Shown here one piece after another: positions 47,826 through 58,169 of a stretch of DNA of 64,000 bases. The DNA is from Cytophagaceae bacterium. GTDB taxonomy: Bacteria > Bacteroidota > Bacteroidia > Cytophagales > Flexibacteraceae. The stretch's first letter is position 1. Every line of letters begins with the position of its first letter. The notes beneath the pieces are model-generated. The model searched no databases. It saw only the letters and a list, made by a program, of their open reading frames with translations, and had not been told where the DNA came from. Made by a program: the position numbers and the translations under genes. The stretch spans positions 15,372 to 79,371 of the forward strand of contig JAIYDB010000019.1 of the NCBI GenBank assembly GCA_027487695.1, in the 5' to 3' direction.

Positions 47826-50800
47826 TTAGCGCATGATATACATTTTACCAAAGCCGTTTTTAAAGGTATTATCGGCCGCAGTTTCAAATCTGTTCATAGC
47901 ACTACCATCCATTTCGGTAATTACTCTATATAAGTAAACGCCGTTGGCTAACCTATCACCAAATTCATCGGTACCATCCCAAGCAAAGCTTGAAATGTTG
48001 TTACCTAGTTTAATTGGACCAAGTTCAGATTTTGTGATTTCTCGCACTACCCTACCACTTACGGTCATTACCTGAATTTTGATATTATCAGGAATTTTAC
48101 CTCCTGTAAGTGTAAATACAAACCGAGTAGATGAACTAAACGGATTTGGATATGGATAGAAATTACTAATCTTACTTTCGTTTATTACTTCAAAAGTAAC
48201 TGCATAACTAAGGCTACCTGAAGGGTTTCCGCTAGCATCTGAAGTTTGAACTTGAAGGCGGTATTTACCATTTTCAAGGTTTCCAGGTTTAAACTCAACC
48301 CTTAAAGGGCTATTTGCTGTGGCGGGAAAAAACTGAACCCTACTATCAGAAAAGCTAATACGTTCTGGGGTAACGTTGCTACCAGGTTTGGTTAATAGTA
48401 ATGATAGACATACGGTATCTTGCTTTAGCTTAAATCTATTTTCATCTCTTACAACTACCGATATTAATGGATTTGGAGCAACCAAATCGCCATCCATAAT
48501 TCTTACTCCATCAAAAGCCACATCCATTATAGGTGCACGCTTATCTGGATTAACCTTGTAATTGTATTCAAGTAGATTATTGGTGAAATACAATTCTGGT
48601 TGCAAACGTGGATTAACAAATACAGTTACTCTGTTTTCACCAACAAAGTTAAGGGTTGGTAAATTCCTGATTTCTACGTTGGCAGTAGCGTTGGCAGCTA
48701 ACGGTGCAAGTTTGGTATCAATCACTGACGATACATTTCTTGCTGTATTTTGAATGGTGGTACGTACTGTTAAACTATCAGTAAAGGTTAGTGCACTGAT
48801 ATTTTGATAAGCCATTTTAATACTAAAAGTTTCACCTTCTTCCTTATCAGGAATGGTAGTAGTAAGTTCTGGTAGGTTGGTAACAACAAGACCTTCAGGA
48901 ACACTGGTATAAAACACTCTCCAAAAATTAAGTACTGGCGGAGTTTTAGATATTGGATCCGAAACCTTCGCTTCTAAATACAAATAAGGAAACTCTGCTG
49001 CATTAACTCCTGCTAATTGAACACCAGATGCTACGTTTTCAAAAAGCAAGCTATCGTTACCATTGATATCAACCCCATAAATATTGAATTGAACACTATC
49101 GGTGGACTCTAATTTGGTAAAGCTGTAATCACAACTTCCCCAACTACGTGCAGGTCCTATTCTGGTACTTGCAATAGTTCCAGATTCTGGCTGTCCATTT
49201 AAGGTAGCATTTAAATTGATGGTTTGCTGAATGCCTGGTATGCTGCTATTTCTTTCTGGAAATACCTGACGGGCAGCACCTTGAGCAATACCTTTTTGAC
49301 CTAAAATAATATGAGGTTCGCCATTGATAAGTGCTCTTACTTGGTTGGTATCTGAACCTACAGTGGCAAGTACCCGCCTAACAGGATTACCCCAATTGGA
49401 ATAAGAAAGGCTATTGACATTAAGCATAAGCACATAATCGCCTGTTTTTAAGTTACCTTCAATCAATTGGTGATGGTAACTATCTAAGCCATTGGTAGTG
49501 CTAAGTAGTGTATTGTTCTCTCTATTGCTATAAAAATTTAAAGGGGAAGGCTCCCTACCACATGCAAATAACCAAGGACGGTTAAAGTCGCCTGTATATG
49601 CATATAGATAAGGTTTTAAGGTTTTGCTATCAACCATCATAGTGATAATTCTGCCGTCATTATTAGCCGGGTTACCCGCTGGTGTCCAACAACTTAATTG
49701 AGCACCTTCGGTTAACGATACACCATTCAAATTAATATTGTATGTATTAATGAGCGAACCACTTGTAGTTACTTGTAAACTTGCCGTAAGCCTTGGAAAT
49801 TGGAACCTACGAGTTGACCAACTTCTTTCAATATCTGTTAAGGTATTTTCCTCAAATTGCTTGAAAGTACTTTGGCTCCAACCTTCTGGTGAACCATTGA
49901 TGTAGATAAATGAAGAACGGGCAAAGCCAGTATCTTGTGGATTTTGCTGGTCGGTAAATCTGGAACGCCAATACCAAACTCGATTATTAATTACAGGTAT
50001 AGTTACGGTAACCCTTGCTATGTTTCTGCCTGAAACAGTTTGTGTTTGCCTTAAAGGACTACTGAAATTAGCGTTGGTATCCAATTCAAAAAGGTAGTTT
50101 CTATCAGCTGCATTTGGGTTGCTAGACTGTACTACTAACTGAACTGTATTAGAACTAACTATCGCATACTTTTGAGGAAACAACGGCACAACTGACGATT
50201 CTCTGATATAGTATTCAAATCGCTTAGTGTTATTGAAGTAGTTAGATTCTGGAATTGAATCATAGTAATTCACTTTTACTTCAAATACATTAAGCCCGCC
50301 AACTGAAAGGTTTTCTCTATCAATTGGGAAGAATAAAGTGTCCTTATATTTTACTGAAGGAAACCTAAATGGACCTAATAGTTTGCGAGTTCCATTTGGC
50401 AAAGTTCTAGTAATACCTACCACTAATTCCTTTTCTGGTGCCCAACCTACGTTTTCAACAATTATACCTAAATTGAATCTGTTAGTACCACTATTTACTT
50501 CAGGTTCAACAACATAAACGCTGTTATTTTGCAATCGGTAATCGGCTTTTTTCTGTCCGTATAATACAACGGCAGGGTCGCCGTGGATACTGAACTGGTG
50601 AACAAGAATGGTATCAAAAGTACTTAGGTTAGGCATGTTCATATACCTTCTGGATACTTCTTGTTGCATCCTACCAATACTATATCCAAAAGTGAGTGAA
50701 TCGTTAAACAGCACATTGTGCAAATGCGTAACGTACCTATCTAACAAACTTGGAAATGCCTCGTCAACAGTGCCCATAAAGGCAACCGCACCTTTGTTAG

Positions 50801-52871
50801 GTGTTAGTACCCATTCTTCGTTTAATGATTTAACAAAATCGTAGATATTACCACCTCGACAACCATTAATCATAATCATTGGGTATTTACCCTTGTTATT
50901 AATGCCTGGGTCTGTTGGTTTTCCGATTTCAACATCGGCACCTAAAACACTACTATGTCCAAAAATGGAGATAAGTTGTAAGCCGTTATTTAATTGGTTT
51001 TGGATGTTTACAAACTCTAAAATACCATTACCTTGCTTGCTTAAGAACGTACCTTTACCACCAAGTATAGGTTGTTCAGAAAGGCGAGCAAACTTTTCAA
51101 CGTATTCTCTAAATTCTCGCAGTTCAGACGATGTTCTACCTCCTGAAAGAGAAAGGGTATTCTTACGCCAAAGCTCATTATAAGGTAGGGCTTCGTGTTC
51201 TTTAACCTTGTTTAAGTATTCTAATACCTCCAAAGAATTTACTGCTGATAACCTTCCTGTTGGTAAGCCAACTCCAATTCCTGCTCCATTTAATTCGGAA
51301 CTATAAAACACATCTGAAGCTGGTAAACCATAGGGTGGTATAAGGTTATTGCCGTAGTTATTGGTTAATCGGTACAATGGAATAATGCCCTTACCTATCA
51401 AGAATAAGTACTTAGGGTTGCCATTATCTAAGAAATAATCACATAACCTTCTGATAGCCTCGGGCGATAAATCGCCATAGTTAAACATATCATAAACTGT
51501 TCGAATTTCAAAAGAAAGGGTATCATAATCTCCTCCTTGGGCTGAAGCTCTATAGTTCACATAATCTCTCACTGGGTTGGCTGAACCTGTAACTGGCTGA
51601 GTGAGTCTGCTATGGAAAAGAGTGATATAGTTGGCAGTAGTTGGGTTTACATTTCTTATCCCGCTTACTTTCACTTCTGAACTCTTGATATTGGTAGTCG
51701 CTGCGCTGTACAGGAACTTGATACCATTTCTTGCATTATCTGCACATAACAGATATTCATTGGTTGCAAGTGAGGCATTTCTTAAAATTCTGACATTAAA
51801 TGGATCTGTTATATCGAAGCAACGAGCAAAACCATTCGGATTTCTTAACGAAACTCTTAAATAGTTTTGCCCTGCATTCGGTGTCAAAAAACCTATCAAG
51901 TCAGATGATCGGCTGTTCATCTCTAAATTCCTTGGGTAACGAAGCCTTACAAATGTTGGGCTTACAAAATCTGGTATTGAGGAATTGCCAGCAGTTGGAT
52001 TAATTCTTAAAGATAATCTATTTCCTAGAAAGGCATTTAAAGGTATGTTATATGTGTTGGTCCTAAACTCATAACCAAAGAAATCGAGCGTATCTAAAAG
52101 GAAATTAGTGCTAGAGTTTTGGTCTGGACCTACAGAAAGTTGAGTAAGGTGCGGTCTACCATTTCTACCGCTGATACAGACTTCCATGGTGGCAGTACCA
52201 CCACTTGCTAGGTTTTCAATGGTAGTGAAGTTTACAAATTGTGCCCTTAGTTCGGCAGGACCAGTCCACCCTTCACCTATATCGAAATAGCTTTGGTGTA
52301 TCCTACTCCCATTGATATCAAAATAACCTTTACCTAATGAAAACTGGGCAGTTGAAGTATAAAGTTCTTCCTTACTCATTGTAGTAAGTAAAGGAGAGCT
52401 AATATCATTTATGCCGTATTCTGGCATTTGCTTGCCAAAAGCAGCCCCTAAAGACCATGTTAAAAAGTAGGTGGCTGAGTCTTGATAAACTGCAACATAT
52501 GGATTTGCCTGAAATTCAGGCTTTCTATACATCACTCTATCGCCACTACCATCGTTAGGTTGAGCGTAAAATTCAATGTATTCGCCATTGCTAAAAACCC
52601 CATCGCTTTCGTTGGGTATAAAACGAGCTACTTCTTGTCCCTTTCTAAATATCTGGATTTTTCTTGGCGAAACCCCACCGAGATTTATTCCAGCTCTATC
52701 TAAAGAATCTTTATACAGGCGATACATTCCTTCTTTTCCAATTGAAAAGCGGAAATACCGTTGGTTGGGAACTATCCATTCGTTACCATAAGGTTGTGCA
52801 ATAGCTATTGCAGTGGAGATTAGCATTGTAAATACTAGCACTCCAACGAACAAATAAGAAACTCGTTTCAT
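47826..52871 (-). CDS. C25-family (gingipain/PorU-like) cysteine peptidase with T9SS C-terminal sorting domain
   Basis: 1681 aa. Signal peptide. His639 (FGHSS) and Cys671 (INGCRGG) form a dyad, followed by HGDP. The C-terminal 112 aa (NFYPYPNPF...GVYLYRV...) look like a T9SS CTD. Confidence 0.7.
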   Translation of the reverse strand: MKRVSYLFVGVLVFTMLISTAIAIAQPYGNEWIVPNQRYFRFSIGKEGMYRLYKDSLDRAGINLGGVSPRKIQIFRKGQEVARFIPNESDGVFSNGEYIEFYAQPNDGSGDRVMYRKPEFQANPYVAVYQDSATYFLTWSLGAAFGKQMPEYGINDISSPLLTTMSKEELYTSTAQFSLGKGYFDINGSRIHQSYFDIGEGWTGPAELRAQFVNFTTIENLASGGTATMEVCISGRNGRPHLTQLSVGPDQNSSTNFLLDTLDFFGYEFRTNTYNIPLNAFLGNRLSLRINPTAGNSSIPDFVSPTFVRLRYPRNLEMNSRSSDLIGFLTPNAGQNYLRVSLRNPNGFARCFDITDPFNVRILRNASLATNEYLLCADNARNGIKFLYSAATTNIKSSEVKVSGIRNVNPTTANYITLFHSRLTQPVTGSANPVRDYVNYRASAQGGDYDTLSFEIRTVYDMFNYGDLSPEAIRRLCDYFLDNGNPKYLFLIGKGIIPLYRLTNNYGNNLIPPYGLPASDVFYSSELNGAGIGVGLPTGRLSAVNSLEVLEYLNKVKEHEALPYNELWRKNTLSLSGGRTSSELREFREYVEKFARLSEQPILGGKGTFLSKQGNGILEFVNIQNQLNNGLQLISIFGHSSVLGADVEIGKPTDPGINNKGKYPMIMINGCRGGNIYDFVKSLNEEWVLTPNKGAVAFMGTVDEAFPSLLDRYVTHLHNVLFNDSLTFGYSIGRMQQEVSRRYMNMPNLSTFDTILVHQFSIHGDPAVVLYGQKKADYRLQNNSVYVVEPEVNSGTNRFNLGIIVENVGWAPEKELVVGITRTLPNGTRKLLGPFRFPSVKYKDTLFFPIDRENLSVGGLNVFEVKVNYYDSIPESNYFNNTKRFEYYIRESSVVPLFPQKYAIVSSNTVQLVVQSSNPNAADRNYLFELDTNANFSSPLRQTQTVSGRNIARVTVTIPVINNRVWYWRSRFTDQQNPQDTGFARSSFIYINGSPEGWSQSTFKQFEENTLTDIERSWSTRRFQFPRLTASLQVTTSGSLINTYNINLNGVSLTEGAQLSCWTPAGNPANNDGRIITMMVDSKTLKPYLYAYTGDFNRPWLFACGREPSPLNFYSNRENNTLLSTTNGLDSYHHQLIEGNLKTGDYVLMLNVNSLSYSNWGNPVRRVLATVGSDTNQVRALINGEPHIILGQKGIAQGAARQVFPERNSSIPGIQQTINLNATLNGQPESGTIASTRIGPARSWGSCDYSFTKLESTDSVQFNIYGVDINGNDSLLFENVASGVQLAGVNAAEFPYLYLEAKVSDPISKTPPVLNFWRVFYTSVPEGLVVTNLPELTTTIPDKEEGETFSIKMAYQNISALTFTDSLTVRTTIQNTARNVSSVIDTKLAPLAANATANVEIRNLPTLNFVGENRVTVFVNPRLQPELYFTNNLLEYNYKVNPDKRAPIMDVAFDGVRIMDGDLVAPNPLISVVVRDENRFKLKQDTVCLSLLLTKPGSNVTPERISFSDSRVQFFPATANSPLRVEFKPGNLENGKYRLQVQTSDASGNPSGSLSYAVTFEVINESKISNFYPYPNPFSSSTRFVFTLTGGKIPDNIKIQVMTVSGRVVREITKSELGPIKLGNNISSFAWDGTDEFGDRLANGVYLYRVITEMDGSAMNRFETAADNTFKNGFGKMYIMR

Positions 52872-52878
52872 AAGTATA

Positions 52879-55218
52879 TTAGTTACCGATAGGGTTGGCC
52901 GTTTTAGCTTTGCTTTCCCTTAATGGATTGGTAGATTCTCTGCCTTGCCTACGTTGCTTGTATAACTGCAATTGGGTAGGCACTATTTTACGAGGCATAT
53001 TGTTATTGCTCAAATCGCAATCGGCTGTTTCTTGGAACGGATCTAATTGAAATTCTACTACCTTTTTCGGGGTAACTAAAACCTTACTAGTCTTCACATT
53101 ATCGTATTTCCAAATTTCAGCTGGTAGCCTTACAATGGTATCTGATCCATCTTCGTAAACCATTTTAATAATGAGTGGCATAACTAAACCACCAATATTA
53201 TCAAACTCCAATAAATGAGCATGCCAATTGGTTTTGATAATTTCCTTCTGATTAGGAGTTAATTCAGCAATCATAGTAGCCGATTCCTTTTTATCCCTTT
53301 CTGTAGGATTTAAGGCATCGTAACTGTTGTAAAAATCTAGTAAGCTAGGGTCAGCCTCAATTAAGGATTGTGGGATATCGGTTTTGTTTCTGATATCGCT
53401 AATGCTTATTTCTCCTTGGGCACGTTTTAGCTTTTTAAATTCCGCTACCTTATTTGGGTCTGCACTAAAGGCATAAGAGTTTACTGACTTTAAGCTAATA
53501 TCTGTATGGTCCGTAGTATAGAACCAACCTCTCCAGAACCAATCCAAATCAACCCCACTTGCATCTTCCATAGTACGGAAGAAATCTTGAGGATGCGGGT
53601 GCTTAAATGCCCAACGCTGACTATAAGTTTTAAAGGCAAAATCAAATAACTCTCTTCCTAGAATGGTTTCCCTTAATATGTTTAAACCTGTTGCTGGCTT
53701 ACCGTATGCATTGTTACCGAACTGCAAAGCACTTTCAGAGTTTACCATAATTGGCACTTGTGCTTTTTTATCACTCTTCATATAATCAGTGATTTTTGCA
53801 GGCTCACCTCTTGAACTAGGGTAGTTTCTATCCCACTCTTGTTCAGCTAGATACTGGCAGAAAGTATTTAAACCTTCATCCATCCAACTCCACTGACGCT
53901 CATCTGAATTGATAATCATTGGGAAGAAGTTATGACCAACTTCGTGAATGATTACCCCAATCATACCATACTTCAAACGCTCAGAATAAGTACCATCTGC
54001 ATCTGGACGACCGCCATTAAAGCTAATCATTGGGTATTCCATCCCAAATACTGGTCCGTGTACAGATATTGCCACAGGATACGGATAGGCGATTGTGTGC
54101 TTGCTATATGACTTTAAGGTATGCGCAACTACTTTAGTGCTATACTGTCCCCAAAGCGGATTTCCTTCTTTAGGATAATAGCTCATTGCCCATACGTTTT
54201 TGCCTTCTACGTTTACAAGCATTGCATCCCAAATAAACTTACGGCTTGCTGCCCAAGCAAAATCACGCACATTCTCAGCCTTGTACTTCCAAGTTTTGTA
54301 GGTAGTAGCACGGCTTTTTTCGTTTTCTTCCGCTTCCTTTTGGGTAATAATCTCAACTGGAACTTTGCTTGTTTTCGCTTTATTCCAACGACTTAATTGC
54401 GTAGTATTCAAGCACTCCGCTTGATTTTTAAGTTCACCTGTAGAAGCTACAACAAAATCGGTAGGCACAGAAATATTTACTTCGTAATCGCCAAAATCTA
54501 AAGCAAACTCTCCTCTGCCTAGGTATTGCTTATGTTGCCAACCCCATACATCGTCGTAAACTGCCATACGAGGAAACCATTGCGCCATTTCGTATAGAAC
54601 GTTATCGTCTTTTTCGAAATACTCGTAACCTCCACGGCCACCATCCTTGTTCATATTATTGATATAATTGAACCATTTAATCTGGAAAGTAAACTTACCG
54701 CCTGTTCTTAAAGGCGTAGGTAAATCTATACGCATCATTGTTTTGTTGATGGTATATTTTAATTTTTTACCAGCAGCATCGTTTACTGCATCAATTCTAT
54801 AACCTCCTTTAAAATCGGAATAAACCATTCTTTCAAGGTTATCAATACTCATAGCTTCATTACCAAAACCTGAAGGCTCGCTTAATTTACTATCAGCGTT
54901 TTTCTCGAAGATATTTTGGTCTAGCTGTACCCAAATGTATCTTAATACATCAGGCGAATTATTGGTGTAGGTTATGCGCTCATCGCCTGTAACAGAACGA
55001 GTCTTATCGTCAAGCTTTACATTGATTACGTAATCAGCTTTCTGTTGCCAATACTGATGCCCTGGAGCACCTGAAGCTGAACGATAATTATTAGGAGTGG
55101 GTAACTCGTTCCACAACTGTCTAAATTTAGACTGGTCGGTATTAGGGATTGTTTGTGCGTTTGCTGCCTGAGCAATACATAAACAAGCGAGTGCGCTAGC
55201 AAATAGTTGTTTTAACAT
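52879..55218 (-). CDS. M1 family metallopeptidase (secreted)
   Basis: HEVGHNFF followed by WMDEG (HExxH-x18-E). Signal peptide ending ANAQ. Confidence 0.88.
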   Translation of the reverse strand: MLKQLFASALACLCIAQAANAQTIPNTDQSKFRQLWNELPTPNNYRSASGAPGHQYWQQKADYVINVKLDDKTRSVTGDERITYTNNSPDVLRYIWVQLDQNIFEKNADSKLSEPSGFGNEAMSIDNLERMVYSDFKGGYRIDAVNDAAGKKLKYTINKTMMRIDLPTPLRTGGKFTFQIKWFNYINNMNKDGGRGGYEYFEKDDNVLYEMAQWFPRMAVYDDVWGWQHKQYLGRGEFALDFGDYEVNISVPTDFVVASTGELKNQAECLNTTQLSRWNKAKTSKVPVEIITQKEAEENEKSRATTYKTWKYKAENVRDFAWAASRKFIWDAMLVNVEGKNVWAMSYYPKEGNPLWGQYSTKVVAHTLKSYSKHTIAYPYPVAISVHGPVFGMEYPMISFNGGRPDADGTYSERLKYGMIGVIIHEVGHNFFPMIINSDERQWSWMDEGLNTFCQYLAEQEWDRNYPSSRGEPAKITDYMKSDKKAQVPIMVNSESALQFGNNAYGKPATGLNILRETILGRELFDFAFKTYSQRWAFKHPHPQDFFRTMEDASGVDLDWFWRGWFYTTDHTDISLKSVNSYAFSADPNKVAEFKKLKRAQGEISISDIRNKTDIPQSLIEADPSLLDFYNSYDALNPTERDKKESATMIAELTPNQKEIIKTNWHAHLLEFDNIGGLVMPLIIKMVYEDGSDTIVRLPAEIWKYDNVKTSKVLVTPKKVVEFQLDPFQETADCDLSNNNMPRKIVPTQLQLYKQRRQGRESTNPLRESKAKTANPIGN

Positions 55219-55285
55219 CGTTAAGAGGTGTACCTAAACAGTATCAACCTTAAAGTTAGGCATAACAACTGAAAGTGCGAAAAAT

Positions 55286-56200
55286 TTATGCAGTTTCAGA
55301 TAAATTCATCCAATCAATTCCCTTTTTCAAGTATTGTAAGGTATGCCATTCCGGGCTTCCCTCTGCTGGAATATGGTTGTATTCCCAGTTTGCAACTGGT
55401 GGCATAGATACTAGAATTGACTCAGTTCTGCCATTCGTATTTAAACCGAAGCTAGTGCCCTTGTCATAAACTAAGTTAAACTCTACATAGCGTCCACGAC
55501 GTAAGGCCTGCCACCTAAGTTCATTTTCAGTAAATGGCAAATCCCTATTATCGTTAGCTATTTCAGCAAATGCAGGAGCAAAGTTTTCACCAACTTCAAT
55601 GATGAAGGCCAACAATTGTTCTTGGGTTAAACCTGTATTAGCGGTATCTAATCTATCAAAGAAAATACCTCCTATTCCGCGAGTTTCATTCCTGTGGTTT
55701 ATGTAGAAATAATCGTCGGCCCAGGTTTTAAACTTGCTGTAAAAATCTGGATGGTGCTTATCGCAAACGGCTTTCATACGTTTATGAAAACGCACCCCGT
55801 CGGCTTTTACAACATATATAGGAGTAACATCAATTCCACCACCAAACCACCACATACCATTGCTCATTTCAAAGTACCTGATATTCATGTGAATAATTGG
55901 CACCCTCGGACTTTGCGGATGTAAAACAATAGACACTCCAGTAGCAAAGAAATTGGCCTTATCTACCTTCAAATATTTTTGGATAGTTTCAGGAGTTTCA
56001 CCTTCCACCGCAGAAAACATTACCCCACCCTTTTGAAGTAGGTTACCATTGGTTATCACTTTAGATCTTCCACCTCCACCTTCAGCTCTGGTCCAATTAT
56101 CTTCGATAAATGATGCTTTACCATCTAATAGTTCTAAAGAAGAACAAATTTTATTTTGTAAATTAGCTAAATGACGAGAAATTGTTTCTTTTGGAATCAT
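55286..56200 (-). CDS. hemF: Oxygen-dependent coproporphyrinogen III oxidase
   Basis: 304 aa. Motifs RRGRYVEFNL and TESILVSMPP. Confidence 0.93.
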   Translation of the reverse strand: MIPKETISRHLANLQNKICSSLELLDGKASFIEDNWTRAEGGGGRSKVITNGNLLQKGGVMFSAVEGETPETIQKYLKVDKANFFATGVSIVLHPQSPRVPIIHMNIRYFEMSNGMWWFGGGIDVTPIYVVKADGVRFHKRMKAVCDKHHPDFYSKFKTWADDYFYINHRNETRGIGGIFFDRLDTANTGLTQEQLLAFIIEVGENFAPAFAEIANDNRDLPFTENELRWQALRRGRYVEFNLVYDKGTSFGLNTNGRTESILVSMPPVANWEYNHIPAEGSPEWHTLQYLKKGIDWMNLSETA

Positions 56201-56296
56201 AAATTAATAATTAAAGCAAGTAGGAAGCGGAATTCTTTGGTAGTTTCAATTTTTAATTGTAAATTGAATTTGTGTTAATTTTCACTACCACTCACA

Positions 56297-56662
56297 ATGA
56301 TTAAACGACTGTTGTTATTGCTGGTTGCAGCAATTATAGTAATGTACTTTATGGGTTGTACCGATAGGTATGAAACCGATTTAGTGCGCAAAAGTACTAC
56401 TCCTTGCGATAGTACAGGCTCTTACCTTAAAGTTCAGGCAATAATAAATACGAATTGTAGTAACTGCCATACCAACGGCGTTTCATCTGGACTTTCATAC
56501 AAAACCTATAACGAGGTTAGTGGAGCAGCCGAAAGAATTTATGAGCGTTGCACATTGCCACAAAGCAATTCGCAATTTATGCCACAAAACGGAAATAGGT
56601 TAACCGATTGTGAATTGAAGGTAATCAAGAATTGGATTGACGCTGGAACACCTAACAACTAA
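56297..56662 (+). CDS. Lipoprotein with a single c-type haem motif (PSCyt1-like domain)
   Basis: Lipobox FMGC. CSNCH, then downstream FMPQ and IKNWIDAG. Confidence 0.55.
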   Translation: MIKRLLLLLVAAIIVMYFMGCTDRYETDLVRKSTTPCDSTGSYLKVQAIINTNCSNCHTNGVSSGLSYKTYNEVSGAAERIYERCTLPQSNSQFMPQNGNRLTDCELKVIKNWIDAGTPNN

Positions 56663-56666
56663 AGCT

Positions 56667-57548
56667 ATGATAAACAGATACCTCTCTCTTGCTTTTGGTT
56701 GTTTATTCACCTTAGGTTCCGCATTTGCACAACCTGCAAATGATTTATTAAATGAATTGGGCGATGAGCCCAACGTGCCAGTTTATGCAGGTCCCGCCTT
56801 TAAAGGTACCCGACTAATTCAAGGGCATTCTGTACAAATGGTAACCAAAAAGCACCTCGATTTTATGATTCAGCATAGGTTTGGGGCACTTAATAGTGGA
56901 GCTTATAACTTTTATGGATTAGATGTAGCTACTATTCGCCTGGGCTTTGATTATGGACTTACCGATAACTTAAATATTGGAGTTGGTAGAAGTTCTTTCC
57001 AAAAAACCTTGGATGGCTATGTAAAGTGGCGTTTTCTTCGCCAAACAAAAGATAATAAAATGCCTGTATCGGTGGTTGCTTTTGCTAGTACAACAGTAAA
57101 AACACTAACTCCATCTAGTAATATTAAAGATAACTACCAATTTAGCGATAGAATGGTGCATGCAGCGCAATTGATCATTGCTCGGAAGTTTTCAGAAAGA
57201 CTATCATTACAACTTACGCCATCAGTAATTCATAATAATTTGGTGGCAGATAATTCATTTACCCATACCCAGCTTGCTTGCGGTATAGGTGGCAGAATAA
57301 AGCTGAATAGAAGCATAAGTTTTAATGCAGAATGGTTTCCTCAATTGCCAGATTCTAAAAACCCTGGAAGCATCAATACACTATCACTAGGATTTGATAT
57401 AGAAACTGGAGGTCACGTATTTCAACTTCATTTTACCAATAGCCAAAGTATGATTGAAAAAGGATTTATTACCCAAACCGCTGGCAAGTGGGATAAGGGC
57501 GATATTTTTTACGGTTTCAACATATCTAGAACATTCTCTTTTGATTAA
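56667..57548 (+). CDS. DUF5777-like outer-membrane beta-barrel protein
   Basis: Signal peptide ending AFAQ, beta-strand periodicity and a terminal Phe-containing strand. Confidence 0.5.
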   Translation: MINRYLSLAFGCLFTLGSAFAQPANDLLNELGDEPNVPVYAGPAFKGTRLIQGHSVQMVTKKHLDFMIQHRFGALNSGAYNFYGLDVATIRLGFDYGLTDNLNIGVGRSSFQKTLDGYVKWRFLRQTKDNKMPVSVVAFASTTVKTLTPSSNIKDNYQFSDRMVHAAQLIIARKFSERLSLQLTPSVIHNNLVADNSFTHTQLACGIGGRIKLNRSISFNAEWFPQLPDSKNPGSINTLSLGFDIETGGHVFQLHFTNSQSMIEKGFITQTAGKWDKGDIFYGFNISRTFSFD

Positions 57549-57550
57549 TC

Positions 57551-58099
57551 ATGAAAAAACTTCTTGCAGTATCGTTATTAGCAGTTGGAGCATTTAGTGC
57601 TCAGGCTCAAAATGTAAACATCACAAGTAAAACAAGTGAGGTTAAGATATTCAGTAAAACTCCAGTAGAAGATATTGAAGCGGTTAATAAAAAGGCAAGA
57701 GCCATTATTAACCCTAACAGTATGGATATTGCTGTAAGAATTACCAATACCGATTTCGATTTTCCTAACAACTTGATGGAGGAGCACTTCAATGAGAAGT
57801 ATATGGAATCTGAAAAGTACCCCACATCAATATTTACTGGCAAAATCAATAAGAAAATAGATTTTACTGTAGCGGGTACTTACGAAGTTGAAGCCGTTGG
57901 AAAATTGAATATGCACGGAGTAACTAAAGATAAAACCCTTAAAGGAACCATTGTAGTTTCTGAAAGTGGTGTGGTATTAAAGTGCAATTTTGATGTAATG
58001 CTAGTAGATTTTAACATTGAACGCCCTTCAATTGTGATGGCAAAAATTGCCGAAAAAATAGATATAGTTACTGTCTTTAGCTTCCCGTTAAAAAAGTAG
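57551..58099 (+). CDS. YceI family (polyisoprenoid-binding lipocalin-like) protein
   Basis: 182 aa. Signal peptide and motif LNMHGVTKD. Confidence 0.75.
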   Translation: MKKLLAVSLLAVGAFSAQAQNVNITSKTSEVKIFSKTPVEDIEAVNKKARAIINPNSMDIAVRITNTDFDFPNNLMEEHFNEKYMESEKYPTSIFTGKINKKIDFTVAGTYEVEAVGKLNMHGVTKDKTLKGTIVVSESGVVLKCNFDVMLVDFNIERPSIVMAKIAEKIDIVTVFSFPLKK

Positions 58100-58123
58100 C
58101 GATACAATTACAGCCGAAACGCT

Positions 58124-58131
58124 TAATTTTG
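58124..58131 (+). promoter_or_regulatory. -7 promoter box TAatTTTG for menB
   Basis: TAnnTTTG match 38 nt upstream of the ATG, flanked by the direct repeat GCCGAAAC. Confidence 0.4.
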
Positions 58132-58169
58132 TGCCGAAACTATAACAACCCTAGTTTTAATACCTACTA

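Noticed and set aside
50893-51183. Antisense ORFs inside the C25 peptidase gene (48376-48753, 50608-51183, 51631-52003, 52482-52791)
   Set aside because: These are shadow ORFs in a long AT-rich gene, with no motifs and no independent start context.
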